This document shows, in pieces, positions 1 through 12,400 of a DNA stretch of 59,152 bases. Source of the stretch: Phoronis australis (Eukaryota; Animalia; Phoronida). Under the pieces are notes generated by a model that searched no databases, was not told the DNA's origin, and worked only from the letters and a program-made list of their open reading frames with translations. The translations under genes and the position numbers were made by a program. Numbering within the stretch: the stretch's first letter is position 1; each line of letters starts with the position of its first letter. The stretch lies in the NCBI GenBank assembly GCA_002633005.1, contig NMRA01000197.1, positions 665,290 to 724,441 of the forward strand, read 5' to 3'.

Positions 1-2
1 GG

Positions 3-477
3 GAAAACTTTGAAAATGAATACCAAGATGTTATCAGTTTTTATGAAGATGATTTTGATTCAACACTGCGCTGTCACCTGGCTACGTTTGGGGCCAATTA
101 TGCACAGGATGGTAGTCAAGAGGTAACATTGTCTCGTGTTGTGGATCATTTGCAGAAATTATCAGCCGGTCAAAAACACTTGATCGAAAATGTAATTAAA
201 CTAGCAAACTTGCTGTTAGTGATGCCTGCAACAAATGCCAGTAGCGAACGAGCATTTAGTGCTCTTAGGCGTGTTAAGTCCTATTTACGTTCCACAATGG
301 GACAGGGGAGGTTGAACCATTTAATGTTGCTCCATGTTCACAAAGACGTGCGATAAGCTAAATTTGGTACGAGGAAGTGAAATGCGAAAGGCACAACTCG
401 GGGTTTTTACCACGTTAGACTTAGCTGCAGCCCGAGTTCCTTTGTGCAGCAGGGCAACGTCCACTGATTTATGTTGA
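3..477 (+). pseudogene. hAT transposase C-terminal relic (dimerisation domain, ZMYM1-like type), frameshifted
   Basis: Frame from base 3 reads ...LLLVMPATNASSERAFSALRRVKSYLRSTMGQGRLNHLMLLHVHKD, the hATC motif. A frameshift near 351 continues as DKLNLVRGSEMRKAQLGVF to TGA 475-477. Confidence 0.88.
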
Positions 478-767
478 AGAGTAAATAAAAACATTTATAA
501 TTGTTTCACACCTTCATTCTTACTGTTCAGCAAGAGTAATCGTATGAGCGCCATGTATGTTGCTCCAAAAATTTCCAGTCAATCTTAACAAAAAATTAAC
601 TCTAAAAGTACAGCATCTGTTACACACCTCATTATTAGTAGACATATTTTTTCATATAATTCAAAACGTACCTAGTGGTTGCAGTAGTTCATTTTACAGC
701 GTTGATATATACACCCCAGTGCAACGCAGTGGTTTCGAAATTAGAAGTTACGTATCGACCAGGGTCG

Positions 768-804
768 GTGCCCCCCCAATAATTTTTACCTTCCTACGGG
801 CCTG
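768..804. mobile_element. Right terminal inverted repeat of the hAT element
   Basis: gtgcccccccaataatttttaccttcctacgggcctg; its reverse complement matches 44252-44288 (caggcccgtaggaaggaaaacattattgagggggcac) at 34/37 positions. Confidence 0.75.
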
Positions 805-1498
805 ACCGCGGGTACCAAGTTGTTGAATAACCGGCATCGAGCTGATTCTCGTCTTCAGTAACGCGCCGGGACTCGCATGAGTGTGACTAAAGCCTTGTAT
901 CAATGTGGTAGTGTTTACCGGAAATTTTTGAAAGTTGGCGCTCGGCACCCAACCGATTTTCCACTTGAAAACTATCATGTCCAGGGATTATTTCGGGAAT
1001 CTGTTTGCCACTAGTGTTTTGAAAATCTCAGGGTGGATAGTATGTACTGCAACACTGAGTATTTTGACTTAAAATTTTGTTTAGTTTGGCCAAGTAACTT
1101 GATACAGGGAAGCTCGATTTTATTCAAATTACTGAGGCTAACTAACCCTATCATTAACGACATATCCGGTGTCTTTGTAACTAACCGGCCAAAAAGTTTG
1201 AGTCAAGTACACTGAGACGATCCGCAGACAATTTAACGCACGGTATTTGCTGAATGCGAACACTTGCGAGATACGTAAAGGGCGTCGGTTGAGGCCGCAG
1301 TGAAGTACTGCGTTCGACGGTAACTTGATGATGTCAAGACCAAAATGCAACAGTGGCACGATATATATAGGGTATAGTGAAAACGCGCATTTTAAAATGT
1401 GTCGATTATTGAGGGTGAAATCGACACATTTCGTTTCGCGACCAAAACCCGCGGAAACTTCCGCGGCCCGGAGTAACAAAAGTCCACAAACCTCAGAG

Positions 1499-3215
1499 CA
1501 TGGCAACCACGGACGTGCAGTCAGGGAACAATAGCGACTAAAGAACAACTGCGAAATAACTGACGGATAAGCGAGATAATTCTAAGCGAACGTTTAACAA
1601 CAGTGCATGGTTTACCTGTTGAGGGGCCTGGCCAGAACATTGTTAGTGTCTCCGCTTTTGCAGCACAGTTTGTCTAAACGCACTTGAAAATGTGCACGTA
1701 ACCAGCATTCATATTCTTAAACATACATGTGTATTTCGAAAATTTGCTCTTGCTGAGCATACTAATTTACTGGATTTTTAGATTCAATAAGTCAGTTTAG
1801 CGACTGCAAACTATATTTTTTCCAGAGGCCTCTTTCAGCTGGCAAGGGTTATAACGGAGGCAACATTCGCTTTATTTTTTGTCGAAACTGTACATTACTT
1901 GAGAAAAATTGATAATCTGACAGATAAAATTAATTGCTGCGCATTTCCCAATTTTCGAAAAAAATATAAGTTTTTTCACAATGAGAGGCCCTGCCCTTGA
2001 AAAAGGCATTGATGATATTCACCCTTTTTGTGCTTTTTAATGACAAAATCAGGGGGCCGCACGCGGAGACAGGGTCTAATGTTGGAATCGGCTACCTCCA
2101 TTTTTCTCCCTTTTGTGAAATCGTGCAACCCTGAGCTTTCATTTTGAAGGTCACTTCCTGCATCATTTTGTGACAACACGATGGTGGAATGAACTGTCAT
2201 TCGTTTTTGCCAAGCCTTTCATCTTAAGGTGTACCATTTCAGACGGGACCCTCTCTCGGTGAAGCAGTTCGGGTGAAAAGTCCATTTGCCCTTCTATGCA
2301 TGAAAATCCAACACTGCCAAGTATTCACGAGGGAATGTGAAATTCCAAATTCATCAAAAATACAAAACCGTCGTACCCAGCACAGCAGTATCAAGACATT
2401 CGACCCAAAAATCAAAATTTGAACAAAATACAATAGGAACTGACCGCCATCGAAAGGATGGAATTTTGAAGACCACTAGTTGTGAATTACACAAAAGGAC
2501 TATTTCCGATGATTAAATATAAAATAATGTTATTGTTTCCCGTAGTTTCACAAGAATAGTATCTCTTTTCAAGATTGTTACTAAGAGTTGTTTGCAAGGA
2601 ATTCCCACGTGTGGTAAACACTGCTGTCTAGGGCAAGTTTGTGATGACCGTGTACATGTCAAAAGGGGATACTCAAAGAACTCTCGCAATCATAAACAAT
2701 GATTTCAACGTTTTTTTGTCAGTGGAGTTCAAATTTAACTGGTGATCCGTTATAGGTACATGTACCTCTGAAATGAGCAAAAATACACCTTAATACGAAT
2801 GTTCCACTCCCACGTTCCCTCGGTTACCAGTCAAAAATCTGCGAGCATGCCTGCAGAAATCCCTTATAACATTTCGTTGTGATGAACAAATTCGTTGGTT
2901 TCTGTTTTACTTGGTTATGCAGGGGCGGATCCAGGATTTTGTGTAGTGGGGGGCAGGGGCACGGGAATAGTCAAAATTATGCCCCATGGGCTCGCACAGC
3001 CTGAAGTGTAGGGATGCAGGGGCCTCGAATTTATGAGTTTGTGGACCTTATTACTAAAAAGAAAAAGGTCAACGGGGTTTGTTCAAGGCCTATTAATTGT
3101 GCATACATCCCCCGAGCCCCCTTGAGTGCGCACATATGCCAGTCGCAACCCGGACTGCCCCCTTACCCCCCTAAATCCGCTACTGTTATGTATCTACGAA
3201 AATCGATAGATTCAT
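1499..3215 (-). repeat. Dispersed non-coding repeat family X, copy 1 (probable non-autonomous DNA transposon), interrupted by a MITE
   Basis: Reverse complement aligns by eye with 45560-46870 (e.g. cagacgggaccctctctcggtg vs caccgagagagggtcccgtttg). Confidence 0.75.
2920..3185. mobile_element. hAT-like MITE with 5-bp TSD (TTATG)
   Basis: Termini caggggcggat...atccgctactg flanked by ttatg/ttatg. The paralogous empty site at about 45565-45600 (reverse strand) has a single ttatg. Confidence 0.85.
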
Positions 3216-3229
3216 AGATACAATTAGAA

Positions 3230-4406
3230 GCTAATCTTGTAAGAACTGAGCAGTCTGGTCACGATGATAGGAGGTGTGGTGGGATCGTTGTCGGATGAGG
3301 GCTGAGCCAAGACCGCGGAAAAAAGCAACCTGAAAGTTGAAACGAGAAAGTGCATCAGCGACGATGTTAGTATAGCCAGGGATATATTTTGCCCGAAAAT
3401 GAACGTTAAGGGTAAGATCGGAGATGACCAGACGATGAACAAGGGATATAATGCATAATGGGAGGAGGGGTGGTGGGAGGAGGTCTTGTTGATAATGTCA
3501 ACGACGGCACTGTTGTCGCACAGGAAGAGAATCTTGTGATTGGCGAGCTTCGATCCCCTCAGCTCTAGCGCTAATGACTATAGGAAAGAGTTCCTTGAAG
3601 GTGATGTGAAGGTGTTGCAGGTGCTCTGGCCACGAGCAGGCAAACCAGGAAGCCCCAAATGTCGCAGCAAAACCCCCATTCGAGCCTGCAGCATCAGAGT
3701 ACAGTTTGATGGTGTCGAAAGATGTCCACTCGTCGAATAGGAATAGTGTTTTCCCATTGAAGCGGCCTCGGAGAAAGATGGACCAAGCCCTAAGGTCCGC
3801 TCTAGCTTCTTTATTGAGAGTGACGAAATGGCCTGGTCTCGAAATACCAATGGTGAGGTTGACGAGCCGGCACAGGAAGGCGCGGCAGGGCACGATGACG
3901 GAGCAGGCGAAGTTTAGTAGACCAATAAGGGATTGAAGATCGCGAAGATCAACCTTCCGGTGTTTCTGGAAGTCAAGGAGGAGGTTGGAAGCTTTATCCA
4001 CCTTGTCCTGAGGGAGAGAAGCAGTCATGGTCGTAGAGTCGAGATGGATGCCGTAAATGGTGATGGAGGTGGTCGGCTGAATCGTCTTGGCGTGGTTGAT
4101 AAGGATGCCTAGGGAGTCACAGAGTGATATGAATGCGGCGAGGTCACGGGAGCATGTCAGCGAGGGTGGGGAGCCCACGAAAAAGTTATCAAGGTAGTGA
4201 GAAACGCCGGCGACCTTCAACTTGGTTTCCAGGATCCATTGAATCACAGAATTGACCTTCTCGAAGATGTTGCAGCTGGAGGCACAGCCAAATGGCAGGC
4301 ACCTGTCGTAGTAGAATTTGTTGGCCCAGGATAGACCTAAGAGGTGGTAGTCGTCAGGGTGCACCGATACTATGCGAAAAGCGTTCTTGATGTCAGTCTT
4401 AGCCAT
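3230..4406 (-). pseudogene. DIRS/Ngaro reverse transcriptase-RNase H, disrupted
   Basis: KTDIKNAFR, LPFGCASS and HYLDN (YLDD mutated). RNase H motifs YSDAAG and ITFKELFPI; after a frameshift, LCDNSAVVDIINK and AKYIPGYTNIVADALSR. Confidence 0.88.
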
Positions 4407-4657
4407 GAGGGAGTCGCGTCCAAACTGTTGAACCAGGCGGATAGCGTCCTTGATGGATTGGTACTGGACTTGGGAGAAGTGAGGGGGGTATGAAGGAGTT
4501 AACTGAGTTAGAGTATCTTCGGGGATACGGAGAGCTGACGGGTGGTCGGTCGGGGGATTGGAGTGACAGATCGGGGAGGCGCCGAACCTGAAACTGAAAG
4601 AGAAACCATTGATAAGATCCGTAGTCGAGAGGGAGTCATAACCTGAAAGGAGAGGTT

Positions 4658-5161
4658 TTACGTGTGCTTACTATTACGGGTGTTGGGATACCTGGCAGGT
4701 GTGTTGGCGGTTTTGGAGGTGCATGAACACGTTGGGTGGTTGGCGCCGCAGAAGCTACAAAAGTGCTGGTATCTGCAGAGGGGAAGGTTGCAGGACTGGT
4801 AGTTGAACTTCCAGCAGACACTTGTGGGGAAAGAGTGGGGGTTAGGGGTCGGGGTACGGGGGCCTCGAAGAAATGTGCAGGTGGATAAGCCTTGACGAAA
4901 GGACTGAATGTTGGTTGGGTGGCGTTGGATCTTGTTGAACTTGAGGCAAACGTGGCGCCACTGGTCCCTGTGGATTTGGTCCCACTCGAAGGGGAAAGAT
5001 GACCAGAATTCCCTGAAATGTGTATCATAAAACAAGGCTGCAGAAAGGCCGTAGTGTGTGTTGCAGTCGTGGACTAAAGACAAATATTTTGGAAGCTTAT
5101 AGGCATCCTGTGGAGACTTGTGGACCAGGATGGACTGGAAAGTATTGGAGGTCTGGGTCAA
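4658..5161 (-). pseudogene. DIRS/Ngaro gag-like ORF with C-terminal Cys/His finger
   Basis: YDTHFR...W and CWKFNYQSCNLPLCRYQHFCSFCGANHPTCSC, typical of DIRS-group ORF1, upstream of the RT. Confidence 0.75.
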
Positions 5162-5311
5162 CTGAACGATAGATGAGATGACCTTTGGACGTGCTGAGCT
5201 GGAAAAGATGGGATTGTTACCGGTGAAGGAGATGGAGACGGGGGAGTGGAGGAGGCAGATTTAGAGAAAGAAAAACACGACATAATAGAGCGACAGTTGT
5301 CTTTGTTATCC

Positions 5312-5680
5312 TTTGCCTCTGGGAAATATGATTTTGCATTTCTGCATTTGCAAAACTGCCTTATTGAATATAAAAATCCAGTGAATTGATATGCTCCGCA
5401 AAAGTTTCGCTTTACGAATTTACTCGATTTTTCGGAATACATGTATGAATGATAAAATGTCGGTTTTCAAGTGCGTTTAGACGACCTACATGTATGCAAC
5501 AAAAACGGAGACCCTAACAACAATGTCCTGGCCAGGTTCCTCAAAGGGTAAACCATGCACTGATACTGACTTGTCAAATGTTGTCTTGAATTTTGTCTCT
5601 TATTCGTATTTGTAGTCTTTCTTTTCTCGACTGTGCCCCCAAGCCTATGTCGGTTGCCATGGTGTAACCCTGACGCCTGT
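5312..5680 (+). repeat. Repeat family X, copy inverted relative to 1499-1830
   Basis: Matches 46620-46880 directly and the reverse complement of 1499-1830 (e.g. ttattgaatataaaaatccagtgaatt). Confidence 0.75.
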
Positions 5681-6982
5681 TTACCATGGTTTAAAACTGG
5701 GGATTTTTGAACAATTTGAATTCCTGGAGTAAAATTTTGAAATACAAGGCGAAAAATAGGCAAAATTGATGCTAAGGTTTCGGCTCTCTGGTACCCGTTG
5801 GTGATAAAAAGTGGGAGGTAACTGATGCAAGACAAAAGTGCACGTGAACGTATATCAACATGATATGACTTATCTACACGCAATTCTTCTCTCGCCTAAT
5901 TCTAATTGTTAAAAACAGAAAGTGGTGGAAGACCATGATTTGATATGGCGAATTGTGAGCCTGCTATCTTTGCCATGAAAATAGTTCCCACAAGCGGCTA
6001 CCAATGGCCCTGTTTTACTAAACTTAGGGAGAGAGTACGTTAAGGTGAATTGACGTATTTTCACACTTTTATTATTTGCTTTCTGTTGTATACTGGTTTA
6101 CAATATAATAACTTGATGTCACGTTCAGTTACATTTTAGTTTTTTGAAAATGAAGAAAAACATATTCGTCGGTTCCTCGCTCTTTCCCAAAAAGCTTTAA
6201 TCTGCCATTCACTGAAGAGCAGACGAAACTATTACTCTTTGCCCGGAACAACATATATAACGTTGGGAGGACTTTGATTTGATTTGGCCCCGTTTTTTTT
6301 CTGTTTTTGCTTTCAAACTTCCTGAATCTACTCTCTTGACTGCAAAAAACACATGGAAAAGTCAGCCAAGCTCACGGTCCGGTTCGTTGGTCCTGCAAGT
6401 GAGCGCTAATTTCTATGTTCCTATCGAGCCGAGCTTGTGTAGCCTGGGTCGAGAGGGGTCGTGGGTCGTGGTTCGAAGGTCGAGGGGGTTTTGGATCGAG
6501 GGGGTCGTGGGGTGTGGAGATCCCGGGGGTTGAGGGGTTTTAGAACAATCCCAAGTGGACGGATTCGACTACCACTGTTCCTGAAAGCAGTTTTTTACGT
6601 TTGCTTCGGTACATATATCTTCGACGGATTTTCATGAAATTTTGCGACTTGTTTTGGAAGACGACGACACATTCTGATTTTTGGATTCCGCGCCATCTAA
6701 TGGCCATTTTTGTGATAGAAATAAACACCGCTAGGAGCACACCTCTGCAGTGCAGCCGTGGGCGCATTTCATTGCTCCGCGTTGCTCTTTTTAGAAAATG
6801 CGTTGTAGGGATTAATAGGCACACACATTTCTAGTCAAATGGAAACGATATTTAAAAATTGCTGTGAAAGCTGACTCAATGTGTCAAAAATAATGTTCAA
6901 CATTTAAACGTGACTAATAGTAAGCATGAATAATGAGTACGATATTCGCTATTAACACAACATCGTTTTTACGTTCTTTCAG

Positions 6983-7149
6983 TCTTCACCTGGTGAGCAA
7001 TGTGCCAGAATTGTGCGCCATATTCAAATGACCACTTGGCCAAAGACTGACGCATTACCCAAGAGTGCTGGTGACATGATTGACTTATTACAAGAAGGCA
7101 ATATGAAGATCGAGACCAAGAAACCCAAACGCGTTGTTGTGCATTGTCT
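6983..7149 (+). CDS. Receptor-type PTP gene 1, D2-domain exon (WPD-loop equivalent to VVVHC)
   Basis: tttcag acceptor, gtaag donor; SSPGEQCARIVRHIQMTTWPKTDALPKSAGDMIDLLQEGNMKIETKKPKRVVVHC(L); ends in phase 2. Confidence 0.9.
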
Positions 7150-8180
7150 GTAAGATTATTTTTCGGTACATTGTCGGTTTGTGTCTGTCATTTCTCATGA
7201 CTTTTGTTGTGGGTAGCTGACCAGAATTGGTGCAGGAAAAATGTTTCAATTCATCGTTTTCTCACATCTATCAAAGAGAACAATTAATGATTAGTTCACT
7301 CACTTGCTCAGAAAAAAATCAGATGTTCATGTCAAACTTACACTAGTTGATTATCAAATAACCTCCGATTCTACATGTATGTCCATTATAACTACTAGGA
7401 GATTTACTTCACTTTTCACAGACGATGACAATGAAAAACTTGCTGCCCTCGATGCAAGTTTTTATGTTCTCGTGGTATCTTGACTTATAACAGTTGTTTC
7501 AATTATCCTGTAAGACCGGTTTCTTCAGACATTAAACACCAGGCTTTGCTGTTACAAACAATGAAATTCTATCAAGAGAGACTCAGCTAGTGTATTACAC
7601 ACAGCAGTGTGTTTCCGTCAAACTGGAAGCATGGAATCCTCCGGAAGAAACTTGCGAGAGTTAGCGTATATTTACCCTTTTCTGTCCGAGGTGGCACATT
7701 GCGGACTGTTTTTCTTTAACTGGCGTATGATTTGAAGAGATACTGTCAGATCTGTGGCAGAAAAAATGTTCATTATCCTTCTATGGTTCACCCGTCATAC
7801 TGAGTTACTCTTTGATGGGCCGCAAAGACTTGTTCATGTGACCACGTTGACCACCCACCATTGACGTTTATTTTAAAACATTCACATGTTTAATCTCAAA
7901 AAAAACAGTAGCTTTTGTTATTTGCTTAAGTAGGCCTGTAATGCTTAAAGCAAGATTGAATTGGAGGCCGTTGTGATTGGATGGAAACCAAGTAGGGAAC
8001 CAAGATGTCTGCGCCAACTATTGACTGACATGCCAACGATCGTTTATTCGTGTCCGCCATCTAAGCAATTAGTTTTCACATATCAGGGAAGAAGCAATTG
8101 ATGGATGCGCATCAAGAGATTACTAGAACTATTACTCACTAAGTAAACTATACTTTGACGCTGATTTACTGATTTTGTAG

Positions 8181-8316
8181 TAATGGTGCGGAAAGAAGTG
8201 GGCTGTTCGTGGCCTTGAAAATGATCTGCGACAAAATCCAGTCCGAAAAGGAAGTTGACGTACTTCAAGTTGTCAAACGCATCAAAGAATACCGGCCACA
8301 ATGCATCGAATCTTTG
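8181..8316 (+). CDS. Receptor-type PTP gene 1, penultimate exon (P-loop and Q-loop region)
   Basis: ttgtag acceptor, gtaact donor; 136 nt, phase 2 to 0; NGAERSGLFVALKMICDKIQSEKEVDVLQVVKRIKEYRPQCIESL completes HCLNGAERSG. Confidence 0.92.
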
Positions 8317-8582
8317 GTAACTATCCATGTACAAGTACCGAAAATGAAGGGCGTTGAGTTCTGAATAACATATGTTAATGTTTTTTATATGCGAGCGTTG
8401 TATTTCTTTCGGCAGGCTCTTTGATTCAGATCATTGTGTGTACGAAATTCAAAATTAACTAACGTGGGCTTAATATAAGTTCTTAACGATGACGATTATT
8501 ATTCGGAAGGTTCATTATTCCTTTTTGCAGTAGCAATAAACTAGTGCAATGCTCGTACAAGCGTGTTTGTCTATATTTTCAG

Positions 8583-8657
8583 AGACAATATCAATTCCTC
8601 TATCAGACTGTGACCGAGTATATACAGAACAACGACGCGTACGTCAAGGTGTCGTGA
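8583..8657 (+). CDS. Receptor-type PTP gene 1, terminal coding exon
   Basis: ttttcag acceptor; RQYQFLYQTVTEYIQNNDAYVKVS* carries the QYxFxY motif that ends PTP domains. Confidence 0.9.
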   Translation, partial: RQYQFLYQTVTEYIQNNDAYVKVS

Positions 8658-9426
8658 AACACGAGTCATTCTTAGATTGTTATGTGTTCGTCTTCACATC
8701 ATTTGTGACGTCACGTTACCGTTCGCGAAAACACATGTAGTTGTATTCCAGCTTTCTATGTTTTGTATTGTAAACTGTACACTTATGCGCCTTATGACTG
8801 ATGGATTACGGTTATTCACGATTGAAACCGAGGTTATGCTTATTTGCTTAGTTTCAAGTTAAACACTTTACCGTATGTATACTGTAATAACTGCGCATAT
8901 GTATAAGCATCGTGTATGATTTTGATGTCACTAATTAATAGATTTTGTGGAGGTGCATATCTGAAAATCAAGTTCAAATATATGTCTCTGTAAATTCCCA
9001 GTGTATCATGCATTCGATAACTTAGAAAGATATATCTTGTGCTGATCTCACAATGTTTTTGAGTAACGCGATTAGACGTTGGTTGGTTCTCTTAATGGTG
9101 TGAACACTGAGAATTATACATTCACATGTGCACTCCAAAGTACTTTAACTTGTTTGTTTCTTCACGTTATATAATGTTAGCTTGGCAAATCTGAAGTTCG
9201 AGATTTAACATGGAGACTTGTGGCACTTTAACGTGTATTGTTTATGATTGATTAGATGATATTTTCAGAGTTCAAGTTGGTCTAATCAAAACTGTAGAAA
9301 CTTTACAAACTCCGTTTGCGATGAAGACAACTGCTGATATCCAGCATAGAGTCCTTGGTTTAATGTCTAAATGAAGATATGTTTTGACTTGAGATACTTT
9401 TATATATATTGTAGTGTAATTCTTCT

Positions 9427-9432
9427 AATAAA
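9427..9432 (+). promoter_or_regulatory. Candidate polyadenylation signal of PTP gene 1
   Basis: AATAAA about 770 nt after the stop, following a T-rich 3'UTR-like stretch. Confidence 0.45.
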
Positions 9433-12400
9433 TTAAGGTAATGTTTCTTTGTACGAAGGGAACACAATGTTTTGCACAATGCGCGCATATTCATACAAAA
9501 ACAGAATTCTTTCATCAAAGGAAACTATACTTTGACAAAATGCGTAATGCACATTGTCATATGCCTGAAAATGCTCAACAGAGTAGACCGTTAAAGTTGT
9601 TGAATGTTGCTTTTACCATTTTCGATTAGTTTTGAATAGTTTCGAATTGAGAAGAGCGGAGATTTGCATTAAACAAGTCTTTTGTCACATACAAATGTTG
9701 ACAACGTTAGCTGTCTTAGAGCAACGAATAACCTCCTGACCTACCTTGTTTTTCCCAGAATGCAACGAGCATCAATGAAAGCAGTACGTTGAGTTCTGTA
9801 GATTTATCTACATGTAGCTCGTATACTCAGGTAATTATCTAATTTTCCCAAGAACTTACAGTTCTATAATCCACGAAGTATCGCATACTATACAGGTATT
9901 TTGGCGATCATCCTGTACAAGTCATAGTCATGGTCGCAGCTGACACCGAAAATTCGGAAACGTTGCTGTACAAAGGCCCCTGGAAATGCCGGAGTGAGAC
10001 GAAAAGGAGGTGGGCACTGAAAATATGAGCAACTATTTGTTTTTAATAGTTGAACGGATAGATCAAAAAATTTGGCAAGTTCCTTGTTACCAATTTCTAC
10101 CGCAGAGGGTGCCACGTTTCAACCAGCGAGTCAATCATCACCTTAGTAACTGTAGTACATTTCTTTCGCTGTTCTGTCTGTTCACTCAGTTAATCACAAG
10201 AAGACTCCTTTAATTTTGTGATAACACACATTGCTCAAAAGTGGTAGTCATGTCGCAAGATTGCATGTCTTTCGTTTAAGTCCTGGTCTCACACGTTGTT
10301 AACCCTTATTACATGGTTAGAGGATGCCATAAGGATCCAAGAAGTACCTACCCCATAACTAATACACGATCCGTACTCTAAAAAGTTTAAATGAACGCGC
10401 CACTCACGATTCGCATCCGAAGAACCACCACCATTTTTGAACTTACCGCGAACCCGGAAGTACAATTCATTCAGGAACCCAGGCTAAGAAAACGTCGTCA
10501 GTGCGACCGGAGCAGTGCCTGTTACCAGCCTGCAAACGGGGATAAAATAATCAACAGCGCGCCTTAATTTTGATAAAATCATAATACGGAAATGTTCTCG
10601 AATTTGCTGAAGAAATGTGGCAAAAAAATTTTGACAGAAATTATTTTGCCGGACGACCACAGCCTATCGGACCCTGTGCGGATCGAGACAAGACACAGGC
10701 GAACGGTAAAGGCATGCGGTTTCAAACTGTTTTGTCGAAGTAAAAGGTTCAAATCATAAATGCAGTATACATACAAAGGTAGTTCAAGACACTTGTATAA
10801 AATTACGGACTGGTTAGTCCTGTGTCTCACTGCCTTGGCAGCCCTTAGGTACGTTAGCTAGCCTCAGTGCCAGCTATAACCTGTACGAAGACTCGTCAAA
10901 ATACAGCTTGTTAGTAGTAGGCCTCTAAAGCTTTGTGCCAAGGCTACCCTTAGGCCTACCTGCTCCCTGGCCGCAGTGTTCGCTCAAACGAGGTTTATTT
11001 AGAACTTGGGGTCTTCTGGCGAAGTGTGCAAAGTTGTTGGCTTTCAACAGAGATTTGCCCAGACATGATTGCATGAGCGCAACAAGCTTAAAAATTGGGG
11101 GCTGGAATTTTTGGGAATATCTACCTTTTACTAAAAGATTCACTGGGTATGTTCAGAGCTATCAACTGTAGACGCTAACTTTTGGTACTTCCTGTCTTCT
11201 AGTGGAATATTGTCTCGTTTTCTACATTTTTGGAGTTCGTGCTTCTCTGACTGAGGTAGACCTTTTTCCATTTCTCCATACAGGAGGCTCGTTCCAGCAC
11301 AGAAGTATCTGACAAGTCCAATGAAAAATGCTATATTTTATCCATTAAGCCAGAATGATTCAATCTTTTAACATAATAAGTAACTTAAAATGCACAATAC
11401 TTTACAACATAGAGCATTACAAACACTATTCAACAGCAAAAGTTTCCATGATGTGAAAGTGAACATATATGTAACTATTACCACGGTGACCGAATAGTGT
11501 TTCCTTACACCAGAATTTGACAAGTATGAATAAAAAAATATGAAGTTGCAAGGAACAAGAATTGCAGGCTTGAAGCTTCACATCCAACATAGCTTATTTT
11601 TGAAATTAAGATTATTCATATTGTTGACTTGATAACCTGAATTAATAAACAATAAGTTACAAAACATGACTTGAAAGCAATTTAGACTCAAAATTTAGAA
11701 AAATATGATTCATTTTGTGACACCTAATCAAGAATAGAACAGCAGTTCACAGTCAAACAAAAAACATTTCAAAATTATTACAACTATTTTTTTTAGCTTA
11801 GTGTAAGATCACCTGAATAGGAAATTCACAGTAAATAATTCAAATATATCTTATATTTTTACACAAAAAACGAAAATTGAACAAAGTTCCTTTTTGTAGC
11901 AACGTTTGTCAAAATGTATCAACGTTAACTCTTCACAAATTACAAAGCAACAAGTTGAACATGCCTTCTAGTTCAGCAAAAGTCGCCATGTTGTCGGTGC
12001 CGCCGCGATCCAAACAATGTGACCCAAATTTCGCCACAAAAATTGCAATAATTTTACACTGCGTGCCCCGATTTTGATACTTTTTCAATTTTTACCGAGT
12101 AGAATTCACTAGCTTTCCGCTGATAACAAAGTTTTTTTTTCAAAACTAGAAAAAAAATCAAAACGAAAAAAATGGTTTGACTCATATTGGTTCCTAGGTT
12201 CGACCACCCTACGTAATGGACTAAACATCAATGTTATTTTATCATAATAAGTACGCGTAACATTCCAAAAAAATTCAACGACCACTAACTGCAAACTATA
12301 AATACACGATATATTACTAATAAAACAAATAATGAAGACTTTTCGAACAAGCGATAGCACATTCACTTACAAGGAAAAAATAGCGATGTTCAGGACAAGT

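Larger units (their letters stand above)
3222..5312 (-). mobile_element. DIRS/Ngaro-type tyrosine-recombinase retrotransposon fragment (gag, RT, RNase H; no recombinase seen)
   Basis: GC-richer block carrying a gag-like ORF and an RT/RNase H ORF with frameshifts and deletions. Confidence 0.85.

Noticed and set aside
6212-6240. CTGAAGAG...GAAAC hammerhead-like words (also CTGATGAG near 12409)
   Set aside because: Stems II/III and the NUH cleavage triplet cannot be formed.
9759-9830. 72-nt exon-like segment (cccag|...cag|gtaatt; NATSINESSTLSSVDLSTCSSYTQ) and a possible terminal exon near 11284
   Set aside because: Lies after the gene 1 stop and candidate poly(A) signal. The peptide is low-complexity with no recognisable domain, and using it would drop the conserved QYxFxY helix. 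Needs RNA-seq.
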